This document shows positions 1-11,381 of a stretch of 58,351 bases of DNA, piece after piece. The translations under genes were made by a program, and so were the position numbers. Each line of letters opens with the position of its first letter. The first letter of the stretch is position 1. Source of the stretch: Nemertoderma westbladi. Lineage: Eukaryota; Animalia; Xenacoelomorpha. The notes beneath the pieces were generated by a model. That model was not told where the DNA came from. It searched no databases and worked only from the letters and a program-made list of their open reading frames with translations. The stretch spans positions 1-58,351 of the forward strand of contig JAUCBJ010004434.1 in the NCBI GenBank assembly GCA_032718475.1, in the 5' to 3' direction.

Positions 1-186
1 TACCTTGTGATAGTAATTGGCTTAAGTAAACATGCAATTGTATTCTTCCTATTAATTATTACTGATTGTTGAATGTTAGTACTGTAATCGTATAGGGAGG
101 GTGAAATCTTGTGTATAATATCAGTTAAATAAATGTAATAATTAATGGTATATGTTTGGTATATACAGTATATATAACATACTAAG

Positions 187-398
187 TTCCACCTTGGCGT
201 AGCCTAGTAATGATTAAATCCGTTGCTTTGAATTCACGTCTTTACGGGGGTCGTGGGTTCGATCCCGGCATGGGGACCAGGGTATCTTTGATTTGGGGAC
301 AAATGCTTTAAAGGGACTAGCCAAGGCGCATCCCTGCCTTGCATCCTTAGTTAGATGGATTGCTAAATACAGTAGGTATCAGTTTCCTTTGGGGAATA
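187..398 (+). mobile_element. tRNA-derived SINE, copy 1
   Basis: Pol III A-box-like TGGCGTAG (~196) and B-box GGTTCGATCCC (~256). It aligns colinearly with the reverse complement of 9259-9440 (shared gtcgtgggttcgatcc, aatgctttaaagggac, ctgccttgcatcctta). Confidence 0.75.
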
Positions 399-3300
399 TA
401 CGCCTAGTATACTGTAGTTCTGTGGGAACCACACTGTAAATAATCGCACCGGCAAGACTTTCGCATAATCCCCGGGCTAACAGTTGAAGAAAACATCCGA
501 ACATAAAATAAAAGACTAGATTCTAATAAAGGCGCTACTGTAGGCCTACTGTACAATGATTTCATCCGAATCCCATTTATTCCACACAGTGTAAGGCGAA
601 AGTACTGTAAGGCGGTTACATCAATCACATATTAACTTCTTATGGAAGCAAAAATATGTTTAGAATCTCTCGAGCAATCGACTCTCGAGTTAGACATTTA
701 GAAGAATACCAACGCCATCTTTCTATCAGTTAAATTTCATGCAATCTCATTATTAAGATGTGGGAAAATGCGGTAGAAAAATGTGGGAGAGGGGAGGGGG
801 CTAGTGACAGAGTCGGAGGTTAAGTCGTTGATTTTCGTTTCAATGGGGACTTTCGAGCTCGTGGGTTTGAACTCTTCATTTTCACCATATTGTACATTTT
901 ACATCCGTTTTTCTTTGGCAAAAAAGGATAATTTTACTCCTTATTCGATTTCCACTGCGACACATTTTTATTCACTCGGTGCGGAATTTTAAAAATCTGA
1001 ACTTATTGTACAACTTGAAATGTAAAGCTTAGTTACATAGTTATTTAAGCTTAAAGGTTAAAATTTCAATCTGCATGTGCACTTTCCCGGGAAGTTATTT
1101 ACTTACAGTAGGCCAACCTTATTAGCTGGGTTGAATCAGTCCATGACTATTCTGGAACAGCTCTGTAAGCGCCCCTATAAAGGCGAACATATCCCTACCG
1201 TGATAGGTTCTGATTGGTGTAACTGTAGGCCTATTGATTTTTATTGTCATATTTTTATTGTTAATTTAATGATTTTTATTGTTAATTTAATGATTTTTAT
1301 TGTTAACGCTAAAACCATTGTTTTTCTTTAAGAGGAGGAAAAAAAACGCACCGGCACCCCATTGGCTCAATCGCAGCCCAACTGATGAATTAAATCGGTG
1401 GCGTTGCGTTAATATCCAATCATTTTATGCCAATATATAATGAGGTTTGGGAGTAGAAAACGGTCTACGTGCTATTATAGCCTATCATAACACGCTAATT
1501 AATTACTTTTTATTTTACTGAATTATTACACTAGGCCTTCAGTAAAGTACTGTATGTACAGTATCATAGTTTTAGCAACCGATAGAATGTGTAATTTTAA
1601 TATATAAAATAACTTAACTCTTTTTTTCTGTCCGCAAATAAAATGTGACTCGAATGCTAAGAGTTGCACTATAGCAATAGCGGACCCCTGAACTACTGTA
1701 CGTGTACAATTGAATCACCCATTATTACTATAGGCCTATTACTGTACATCACGTTCTTCCTGACTTCATCTTAACTTGCATTATAATTCCACTGCCACTG
1801 ATGATGCTGGGAGATCAAAATACGTCTGAAATTTATGGATTTTCTTCGTTGTTGATTTCAATTTTTGAATGATTATCTTCCAGTATGAATGTTTACTAGT
1901 GAACGAATCGCATAGGTTTCCGCAGGTATAGGAATAGTATTGGACCGCCATGCGCCATTGCCATATATCATCGAAGTGAAAATAAATATTGAATATAATC
2001 AGTACCGCGCCACGGCACCAACTCAGTATGTTCCGGCAAATAGACATAACCTAATAATTTTATTATATTACATATATTTCTTAGTTTGTATGGCGCATAG
2101 ATATTTCGCATAGCCTTGTGTTGTGGTGCTGGTAAGGGAAGAATTCCTTAGGTTTGTCTGCATTACTGATGTCTGCAATGCAACTCTTATCTTTGAGGAT
2201 GGGCCGGGATGCGATATTGGCCCACCCTCCAATAGAATCATTTGATTGTTAGAACGGGTGTAGCACTAGGAACAGGAAGTTGGCTTGTTCTCTTTAACTA
2301 CAGTACAGCACTGTACATAGCAGACGTATACCCCCCCCCCCCCCCCCCCCCCCCCCATCCGCGAGTATAGACCCGCCCCATTGAACTGACCTAATGCTAA
2401 TATTAGCTGTGCTGGCCTTGTGAAGTCATATATAGTTAATTCAGCGATATGAGGTATTAATTCAATTTAAAGTGAAGAGTAATCTAAACTTCCACCAATA
2501 TTCTGTTCGTCAAGGTAAATGTACAGACTTTGTACCTGCGTTTAGTGGCTCAGTTGCCAGTGTCATATAATAATATGTCCAACTGTCTAAGCGGAAAGGA
2601 AACTTGAAGGAAAATAAAAGTAAAAAGTATAGTGCAATTTGAGCAAAATCCATGTACACACTCAAAAGTTATTGCAAATTTAGTGTCTGCGCGGCGTACA
2701 CCAAAACGGAACTCAATATCCAATATTGGTTTATGGTTGTTAAGAGACTCTCTAGTTACGTAATAAATATTCGAGAACACTAAATTATTTAACATTGAGT
2801 AAGGTAGCATCAGGAGTTGAAGAGTACAGTAATTTGAATTTCAGTAACTATGGAAGCAATATAGTAAAATACTATAGTTAAATGTACCACTATATCGCTG
2901 TACGTTTTCTTAAAGAATTAAGCAACAAATTTATAACTGGTCTTGCTTTCCCATGTAATAAATAAATTAGTTTTATCATGACCATTCAATTCCACTACAA
3001 TTCCGATTTTATTACCGATTTTAAAATATTATTACATTTTTAAAAAATGTTGTTTATAGGCCTACTACAGTATGATTCTTCTGCAAATATATTTATTACA
3101 TCGTCCCAATCAATCAAATCAAACATCCCGTTTCTCTACTGTATACTTAATAAATCCAAACTACTTAAACAATCTTGTAATTGTAAATATAGTAAATAAT
3201 AGCATTGTTGTTGCAAGCCCTGGGTGATTTAATAATAAAATGATTTTGTAAATGTTTTATTCCATCAATAGGCCCAATAAAATAATTAATTTTTTCTTTT

Positions 3301-3999
3301 TTTATTATTTAATTATTTTCTAATCCCCCCCCCCCCCCCCCCCCCCCCACCTCGGTATGCCTCTGTTAAGCATACATAGTATGAAATACAGACACAGGGT
3401 GTATAATGTCAAAGTATGAATGAATCGAGCTAATACTGTAGTTTCAGATTCGCAGGTAGAATTTAATGTGACGTCAACATATGATCAGATGATGGTAGTC
3501 ATAAATCGAGTATATTTTTCTTCCCGGAAGAGTTATTCTCACCAAGCTTGGAAAGAGATGTTGGCGCAAAACGCAACCACACTATCTACTGTATTACAGT
3601 AAATAATCGCCCTTTGCGCTATTTATCAAAGGCATCATCAACTGATATCAACCATAACCTGACTGCCTGATCACAATCATATAGTAATGTTTAGATTGAA
3701 TAAGCGCGATGCATCCGTCCAGGCGAAATATATGTGATGTTCATAATGGAAATTCCACAGAGGATCGAGTGCATCAATGATCTAATTTATACTGACAGAC
3801 TGAAGGTACCTGTCAGCCTGTAGAGTGTAGACTACTGGACTATGCCTATAGGTATTTCAGCAATAACTATTGCGTTTTGGATTACAATTAATTACATCCA
3901 CACAGACTGACAGACAAACAGGCATACAAACAGACAACAACCTGACAACCCAAACCGCAATGATAATTACCTTTGCAGGCATTTCATATATGTGCCGTC

Positions 4000-4080
4000 T
4001 GTTTTTGTCTGTTTTTGTGTGTTTTTGTATGTTTTTGTGTGTTTTTGTGTGTTTTTGTGAGTTTTTGTGTGTTTTTGGTG
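4000..4080. repeat. 10-bp tandem repeat (GTTTTTGTGT)n, ~8 copies
   Basis: Directly visible. It explains the low-complexity ORFs at 3857-4187. Confidence 0.85.
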
Positions 4081-4129
4081 TAAATAGACGTCCCCAACAA
4101 TATCTGAATTTTGTTGACTGGTTGACAGG

Positions 4130-4453
4130 TTGAGAAACAGCTGAGAAATAGGCGTTCAAAGATCGCAAGAATTATTGTTCGCTGCAAGCCATTTATTCTA
4201 TTTTATATAATACACAAAATTCTAGAACGTGTTATTCATTTTAAGAGTTGGTTGGCAACAGCGGAATGCCTACCGGTATACAATATCTATAGGCTGATAA
4301 GCCTATTGCGTACCGGCTGACCGGTAGCTAATCAGCTAATCATACATAAACAAATTGTTCCAGAATATTGTGTATTTATTTAATAGAATAAATGGCCCGC
4401 AGCGAACGATAATTCTTGCAATCCTTGAACGCCTATATCTCAGCTGTTTCTCA
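4130..4453. mobile_element. Foldback/MITE-like element with ~100-bp imperfect inverted arms
   Basis: tgagaaacagctgagaaataggcgttcaaagatcgcaagaattattgttcgctgc... (4130-4229) is the approximate reverse complement of ...gcagcgaacgataattcttgcaatccttgaacgcctatatctcagctgtttctca (4357-4453). Confidence 0.65.
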
Positions 4454-5072
4454 GCGAAATTCAAACATTGTTACATATTTGGAATCCTTGCAACGCAAGC
4501 TTTCTATTGATATGAAAAATTACAACTAATTTAAAGAATGGCAATGATTCGGATGGTGCGATTTCACAAAAGACACTATTTTAAAACGCTTATAAAAAAA
4601 TTTATAGGCGAAATAGAAAATTCCGTCTTCATGGTAACAACCACGCTGAGTTGAACTACTGAACTAGTTGTGTTTCATTCAAATTTCAAGCAATATGATA
4701 AAGATTTGTAGACAAATTTTGGGGGGTGTCCGTGTCATAGGCTATAGGCCTACTGTAATACAATCTGACAATAGCCTACCTAGAGATCTAACTGCTTACA
4801 GCAGTACAGCTTAACCTAACCAGCTAACACTGTAACAGTAACAGCCTGCCCTGCCAGTGCCTAACACACACCACACAGTTACAGTAAACCAGGTACGGTA
4901 ATAGGAGGAACAGCAATACACTGAGACTGAATATTAGGGCCAGGGAATTACGCCTTACACAGTGCACAGCCTTAACACTGTAACAGTTAATACTAGTAAA
5001 TCCCGCAATCCGAAACGAATATTTGAACTGAATACCGGTACTGGAATAGGGCCTATTGGAATATTTTAAGTA

Positions 5073-5963
5073 ATGGAGAATTTCAATTCCTTAGATTCAT
5101 TAGGATTTTGTTGTCAAAACGAGGAAAACAAACAGTCCATATCTGGCAAGTCCTGGAAGAGACCCCGTAACATCGGCTGTTGCCACGACAACGAGACAGG
5201 TATGGACTACCTGTGGGTGGTAGACAGTATCAGCGAGACAGTTACTTGTCTGACGGATGGTCTGACTAAAGGCCGACAGTTCTTCTTGCCTGCCCAGGGC
5301 ACCACAGATAGACACGCGGATTGTAAGCCCTGGGGCGTCGCATGCACGCCGGAAGTTACTTTTGTAGCAACCTGCTGCTGCGTTACTGGCTACGCTTCCG
5401 GTGGTAATGACGTCATCCTGCACAAATGTTTGCAACCGGAACACGAAACCAATCGAATCCGTGGTATAGAGACTAACGAGGACTCTTCTGTTCTCTTTGT
5501 TTGCTTCGAGGGCCGACAGATCTTCAACCTGTCCACTTCTACCCTTGATGTTATTTCCACCACAATGGTCGTTAATATAAAGAACCCAATCCATTCCTTC
5601 GGATATGGCATCGCTACTTCCTCCTTTAGTTTTATCGACGGCAAAGGTGTCGGTTGGCTGATGCGTAACGGGGACGGCACTGTGGTACACCGAGCTATGA
5701 GGCTTCCGAAACCCTCGAAGACGCTCCACCAGACTGCCATTAAGTGCCTAGACGATGGGTCCACGGTCTGCGTGTTCCAGGATCACGAGACCAAGAAGAA
5801 CTCGGTTTACCGCTACGATAAACAGCACCGCAATCCGACGAGTATATGGGTGGATTCGGACCAGACTGTGTGGTCTGTAGACCGCTGGAAGGACAGTTTG
5901 GTTCTCTGTCGACCCTGGGATCGGAGGATCGATATAATTCCATATCCTAATGGCTGCGTGTAA
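5073..5963 (+). CDS. Intronless 296-aa protein, probable NHL/6-bladed beta-propeller-like fold
   Basis: Non-repetitive 891-bp ORF with GC visibly above the flanks and an AATAAA ~25 bp after the stop. It carries blade-like motifs RPRNIG..YLWVVDS, KPWGVAC..TFVAT, IRGIET..VLFVC and GYGIAT..FIDG. The fold is my inference. Confidence 0.6.
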   Translation: MENFNSLDSLGFCCQNEENKQSISGKSWKRPRNIGCCHDNETGMDYLWVVDSISETVTCLTDGLTKGRQFFLPAQGTTDRHADCKPWGVACTPEVTFVATCCCVTGYASGGNDVILHKCLQPEHETNRIRGIETNEDSSVLFVCFEGRQIFNLSTSTLDVISTTMVVNIKNPIHSFGYGIATSSFSFIDGKGVGWLMRNGDGTVVHRAMRLPKPSKTLHQTAIKCLDDGSTVCVFQDHETKKNSVYRYDKQHRNPTSIWVDSDQTVWSVDRWKDSLVLCRPWDRRIDIIPYPNGCV

Positions 5964-6671
5964 CTCAGTAAGTAAAGGGAAGGTGCCAATAAACTATTTA
6001 GTGTCAAGTTAAGAAAAGGTGCCATTGTTATTTAGTTTTAAGCTAAATTCATTAGTTCGGGGTCATTACACCTGTCATGTACCGCATTATATAATGAGGA
6101 TCCCTCCCTATAGACACCCATACAACTATCATTCCATTCTACATAACGCTGTAACGAACATAATGCTGCCTTTTTTTATTTTTAACTCGATTATGTTTTA
6201 TAATTTAACCTAGGCTGTGATCCCACCGGCAGTAGTTTCTTTATCTCATCACTATTTCTATATCCTACGCATTCGTTTTACTTAAGTAATTACTATTTCT
6301 CTGGGCATTCGTTAATCGTTTATTAACCTTCGTAATATTTGTACCGCGATGTCGGACGAGACCATTAAGTGCTTTAGTTAGGTGATTCAACCACAGTGCT
6401 GCCCCCCGCACGGCTTTATCGCATGCCGGATTTTTCATTACTTGGTCACTTGAACAAATAATTTGTAGCTGAAAAGACTGATTGCAAATTCAATTTATCT
6501 ACAATTTATCTGTCTCTTCAACACAAGTTATAATTCGTCGTATTTCTCTCCATATTTTACAGCTCAGCTCCAGGTCATATTATTATACTGCATATTTTAT
6601 TATGCACTACTATTAATCGTATTTATTAACCCCTAGGTCGCTAGGTCAGCTTCAGTAAATCGTATGTAGTT

Positions 6672-7011
6672 CAGGGTTGCTACTCACCTGGAATACTCAG
6701 GGAATTTCATTTTTTCTTGTCAAGGGATTTGATACCGGTACCGGTATATACAGGAAATGTTTAATAAGCGAAAAAAAGAGTAAAATTTTCTCTGCTCGCT
6801 TCGCTCGCTATATATTCCATTTCCTCATCACTAAATATTTAGCTGCACTCTAATCGCTTAACTCGCAACTTAGTTTGTAATATAATAAAGCGGCTAATAT
6901 TTACATTCTATAAAAGTGTATATATAAAAATATAGGCCTATACCTGCATTCTCAGTGAAATATCGGGGAAAAGTTAGGGAAAATTGAAACTGAACTAGAG
7001 TGGCAACCCAG
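6672..7011. mobile_element. Degenerate hAT-like non-autonomous element
   Basis: Terminal inverted repeats cagggttgctactc ... gagtggcaacccag (12/14 match) with subterminal AGGGAA motifs. No clear TSD. Confidence 0.5.
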
Positions 7012-8019
7012 ATTATTCGATTATATACAATTGTACATTATAAATATAAGATAATTTAGTTTTTTTGGAGGCCATTTTGACTATTAACGTTAGTAAGACC
7101 TGAGTGATAATAAGATGAAATTCGCGCTGTGCAGTGTACTGTACAGTGTACACATACAGTAACAGTACGTTACGAGTGCGGATTTGTCGGTACTAGTTTT
7201 CTTTAAATGTCAAATTTCAAATATCTGCTTTTTATTTAATCTCTCAGAATTTAATGAGGATTTCAAATCTGAAAACCGCTTAGCGAAACCTCGTTTAGTT
7301 CTCGAGTTATCGCTGTTTTCTGTATGATGGTCTGTCAGTCAAATTGTAAGACAGACAGACAACCGACAGACAGACTAGATTCCACCAAACCATAAAACTG
7401 ACATCGGAAATGAAATCAGCGACACCGAAAACCCCCATAATGAAAGTTTTAGCTCGGTGGTGTGCTTCTATCATGCCAGAAATTATTAACCAGCCAGACC
7501 ACAGACGCCAGTTCTGGCGGGAAGGTTTAAAATTGGAATGACATTTTTATTTTTTCATATTACTATTCCTCCGCCATTTTTTAACCAATTTTCTTTATTT
7601 TTGGCTCATTCGAAAAGGTTTCGGCTGTTCTTTATAAGTTATCGGTTGGAATTTAAAACTACATCAACTTTTATAATTATGTTATTACAATGACAATTTA
7701 CCAAACCTTGGGTTGGTTTGATATGTACAGTACACACGATGGGTTGGCTGATTTAGACCACATTGAACTCATAAAAACTCGACGTACTCTTGTAAAAAAG
7801 CCTTTTCTATATGATCCCCAGATTTCGCTTCGATCCAAATGTCCTTAAACAACTTCTATGAAAAACTCCATAATTTTTATACTTTTTTTGTTCGTACCTA
7901 ATAATATTAAATAAAGTTGGTGTTAGGGTTTGCTAGTATTTAAATTCATTGTGGATTTGATTTGAAGAGTTTAATGCGATAACCGTAGAGTAATTTTAGT
8001 TTCAGTTTCGTTGTTAAGT

Positions 8020-8191
8020 ACTGAATTAAAAGTTTATAGCGGTTCCTAATATCATCTTTGCAACAACATTGTAATGTAATGTATACTTTGCAGCTCTACT
8101 AGACATGTCTAGTAGAGCTGCAAAGTATACATTACATTACAATGTTGTTGCAAAGATGATATTAGGAACCGCTATAAACTTTCAATTCAGT
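8020..8191. repeat. 172-bp spacerless palindrome (perfect over 8029-8182)
   Basis: Centre agaca|tgtct at 8105/8106. The arms pair base for base with one mismatch (8028/8183). Confidence 0.95.
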
Positions 8192-9258
8192 CTGGAGTGA
8201 TGCAGATATATTGTGGTTCCTTATCGCCCTATCGCGAACTGCCTAGTAATGTTCTAGAAATATTCTCTGTTAATATTCAAGGCGTTAAATAATTTAAAAT
8301 TTCGGTTTATTCTGAAGATTGATTACTAAAGTAACTGTCTAATAAAAAATATAATCAAACATTTTGTTTCTGTTGTTTGTTTGTGTTCTTTCAATGTTTG
8401 AATTTTTTGGTGGAGACTTGAGTCTACATTATTTCTCTATTCTATTGAGTGTTCCGGTCCGATCGGGTATTATGGGTGGGTACTGTTTCTCTTTTATTAG
8501 CCGGTTGTTAAACTTAGCCTGCGCTGTAAGCGCATAGCGGGTTAAATATCTGCCAAAATTCATGAAAATTCAGAAATATAATTTTATAATTAATTTTTTA
8601 TTATCGAGACTATTATTGGTAGTATATATTATTTTCATACGTAAAGGTAATTCATATCATAAATATATCGCTGTTATCAGAACATTATACTTCAACTACG
8701 AGTATTTTTCATTATGATAGTTCTTGGCAGATATTTGCGGTCTTGTAAAGCATATTGGCATCACTTATTTATCTTACGTAGGGAGAGGTGATAAGAATAT
8801 ATTTATTCGCATCTTAATACTTATTTATGCAGTGTCATCCTTTATTTTTAATCATATATTCGGTGCATTTCAGATGATCAATTTTGTTTCCAACAACTAC
8901 ATATGTTATTTTTTGTATTTCTGTTACATATTATTATGGACATTTGGTGTGACACATCTATTTACATTGTCATTTTGTTTCAGTATTATTAGTATTTAGG
9001 CGTATAGCTACTCAAACAGTGGCACTATACCTTTTTTATAATATTACTACTGCCAAGCCAAGGTGTCTACAATGCATGAAAATTAGGATTAATGTTGAAA
9101 ACTTGCAAGGGATTTCAATATTTTTTGGAACATATTCAGTTACATTGCCAATTAGAATCCAATTCGACACAAAAAGTAAATTTTCTTCGGCCACTAGGCC
9201 AGGGATTACGCACAAAGTCTGACGACTTATTTCCAGTGCGGTCCCCCCTGAACTTTAC

Positions 9259-9440
9259 TCCCCAGAGGAAACTCCAGTACTCATTTAGCTACCACTTAAG
9301 GATGCAAGGCAGAGATGCGCCCTGGCTGGTCCCTTTAAAGCATTCGTGCCGAAACGAAAACTGCCCTGGCCCATGTGAGGATCGAACCCACGACCTACGG
9401 GAGATGTGAATTCAATGCAACCACTACACCAAGGTGGAAC
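9259..9440 (-). mobile_element. tRNA-derived SINE, copy 2
   Basis: The minus strand reads gttccaccttGGTGTAGTGGttgc...gtcgtgGGTTCGATCCtc... with A and B boxes, and is homologous to 187-398. Confidence 0.75.
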
Positions 9441-10534
9441 CTGGGACACAAGAGCCCAACCCCGAGAAAATGTTGATCCCCGTTGCTCAGGCTGATTTTG
9501 TTTCAGTTTATTTTTTTATTTATAATATTTGACCTAATTTTCATTCATACCTATTTATTTATAGTTGTTAATTAATTGTTTTCTTTAAATCCATAAATAA
9601 ATTGCGCCCTAGTCAAGAAGGTTAATCGATTTTATTCGAAATTTGAATATGTGAATTCGATTGGAATATTTAATTTTCTTTGTTCGTGTCAACCGGAATT
9701 TGTTTGTGTTGTTTTGTTTGTAACTTATTGTCTATTTAAATCAATGTGCTCAGAATATTTTTATGTTTAAATTATTATAGATATTTATTACATTATTTAC
9801 GTTTAGAAGGGTGATAATTAATTAATTAATTAATTACCGTTGCTCCAAATTTAACACAGTTTTTATTTAATGGGCGGAAGTTAACGGAGATTTCAAATTT
9901 GCAAGCCGTATTGTTGTATGTTTTCGCAAACCAAACTCTAGTTAAGTAGGAATCCATATTTTAGGATAAGATCGAAGTCCAACCGCTGTCTGGATAATAC
10001 CCGGAATTTATAAGCATTCCGGCTTTGTTCTTTTTGTCCGGTCCTAAATACTCAGTAAGAAACATGACTTAGCGAACATGTTTGGTTAATAATGGTCGTA
10101 ATATTGCTGGCTTTAACACCTCACCTTATAATAAGTAGGCCAATGGCCAATCATGGACATTACAGACTCTGTATCCTAAGACCGATTGTGGGTGGGTGGT
10201 TTGTAGGAAAGTGGACATTCGTATTGTATTTTATTGCAAATTATCAATTAATTGTACAACTGGTAGTGTGAATATTCTGTATAATATAATAACTTAACAT
10301 TTATAAACTATAGAAAATAGTCATTAGGCACAGCCCTGAATAAAGGTATAACGATATAAAACAGTTAACATTAAAAATAGATATAAATATTATAGTAGAT
10401 TAATACAATAAATCACTAAGTATATAATACTTCCATCATAAACATCACATACCAAGCCTCTACCTACCGACCTTAGTAATCGTATATATTATGAATCGCC
10501 TTGTTACCTAATAGTTAACACGATGGCAAATCTC

Positions 10535-10684
10535 TCTATTCCTGGAGTATAGTGTCGTAATTCGACCCAGCTCCCCCCTCCCCGAATAGAAATCTTAATG
10601 AGATTGCATGAAATTTGAACTGAATTTTTTCAAATTTCACGCGTGTCACTGAATTACGGCACTATATTCTGGGACACGGTGTAT
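10535..10684. mobile_element. Short MITE-like element (dispersed family)
   Basis: Inverted ends ggagtatagtgtcgtaattc / gaattacggcactatattct (17/20). Related fragments lie at ~725-810 (reverse), ~40027-40130 and ~41505-41542. Confidence 0.55.
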
Positions 10685-11128
10685 TGTAGAATAAATTAAA
10701 TGTCATTTTTAACCGTTAAATAATTCATGTTAAAGTAAAAAGAGGGTCTAATTGGGTCTAATCCTCGAATTTAACCGTTAAATGTAACAATATTTGTTTG
10801 TGACAAACTATAACACGTTATGCTTTTATTTAATTTTATTAATAAATTATTATTACAATAAAAACTAGTTTTTAATAAGTTTTTTTTTCACATATGTTGC
10901 TACCGCATCTGAATTTAAACCACTAAATAAAGTTTTTCATTACTTTAATTATTGTACCAACACAACATTGCCGTTTAAGCAAACACGAGCCAAGAATGCC
11001 TACCATTTACCTTAAAAGGTTCCAAAGTATCCAACATTAAGTAAGCACCACTATAGGCACAAATAATAAGCGACAAATAACTCGGTGTGGTTCCACATAT
11101 ACTAGATACAATATTCCGAAACGCGCTA

Positions 11129-11381
11129 TCACAAATATTTGGGTTTTGTCCATCTAATCATTTGTTCTGGACTTCGGTAGATGTAGAGGAGTTTATCGAA
11201 GAGATCCGTCTCGAGGTCAAGCTCTCCACTCTCCCGACACATGAAGATGTCCAGACAGAGTTTGAGAATCCGGTCGACGTGGGGTAACTCATCAAACATT
11301 ATCGTGTTCGAGATCCCCTTAAAATACATTCGGACAAATTGTCCGACTACAAGAACAACAGAGATGTAGAGACCCATTATC
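11129..11381 (-). CDS. piezo: Piezo last exon (inner helix and C-terminal domain)
   Basis: (G)[17 protein letters not shown]...[16 protein letters not shown]. Acceptor cccccttag, phase 2. TGA at 11129-11131. Confidence 0.95.

Noticed and set aside
196-270. tRNA gene
   Set aside because: A and B boxes are present but there is no cloverleaf, and homology with 9259-9440 extends beyond the head, so it is a SINE.
2330-2356. Poly-C/G tracts (also ~3325, ~11525, ~36570, ~48750)
   Set aside because: Simple homopolymers. G-quadruplex formation is possible, but there is no evidence of function.
5100-6025. Minus-strand ORFs overlapping the 296-aa ORF
   Set aside because: Shadow ORFs with no recognisable motifs.
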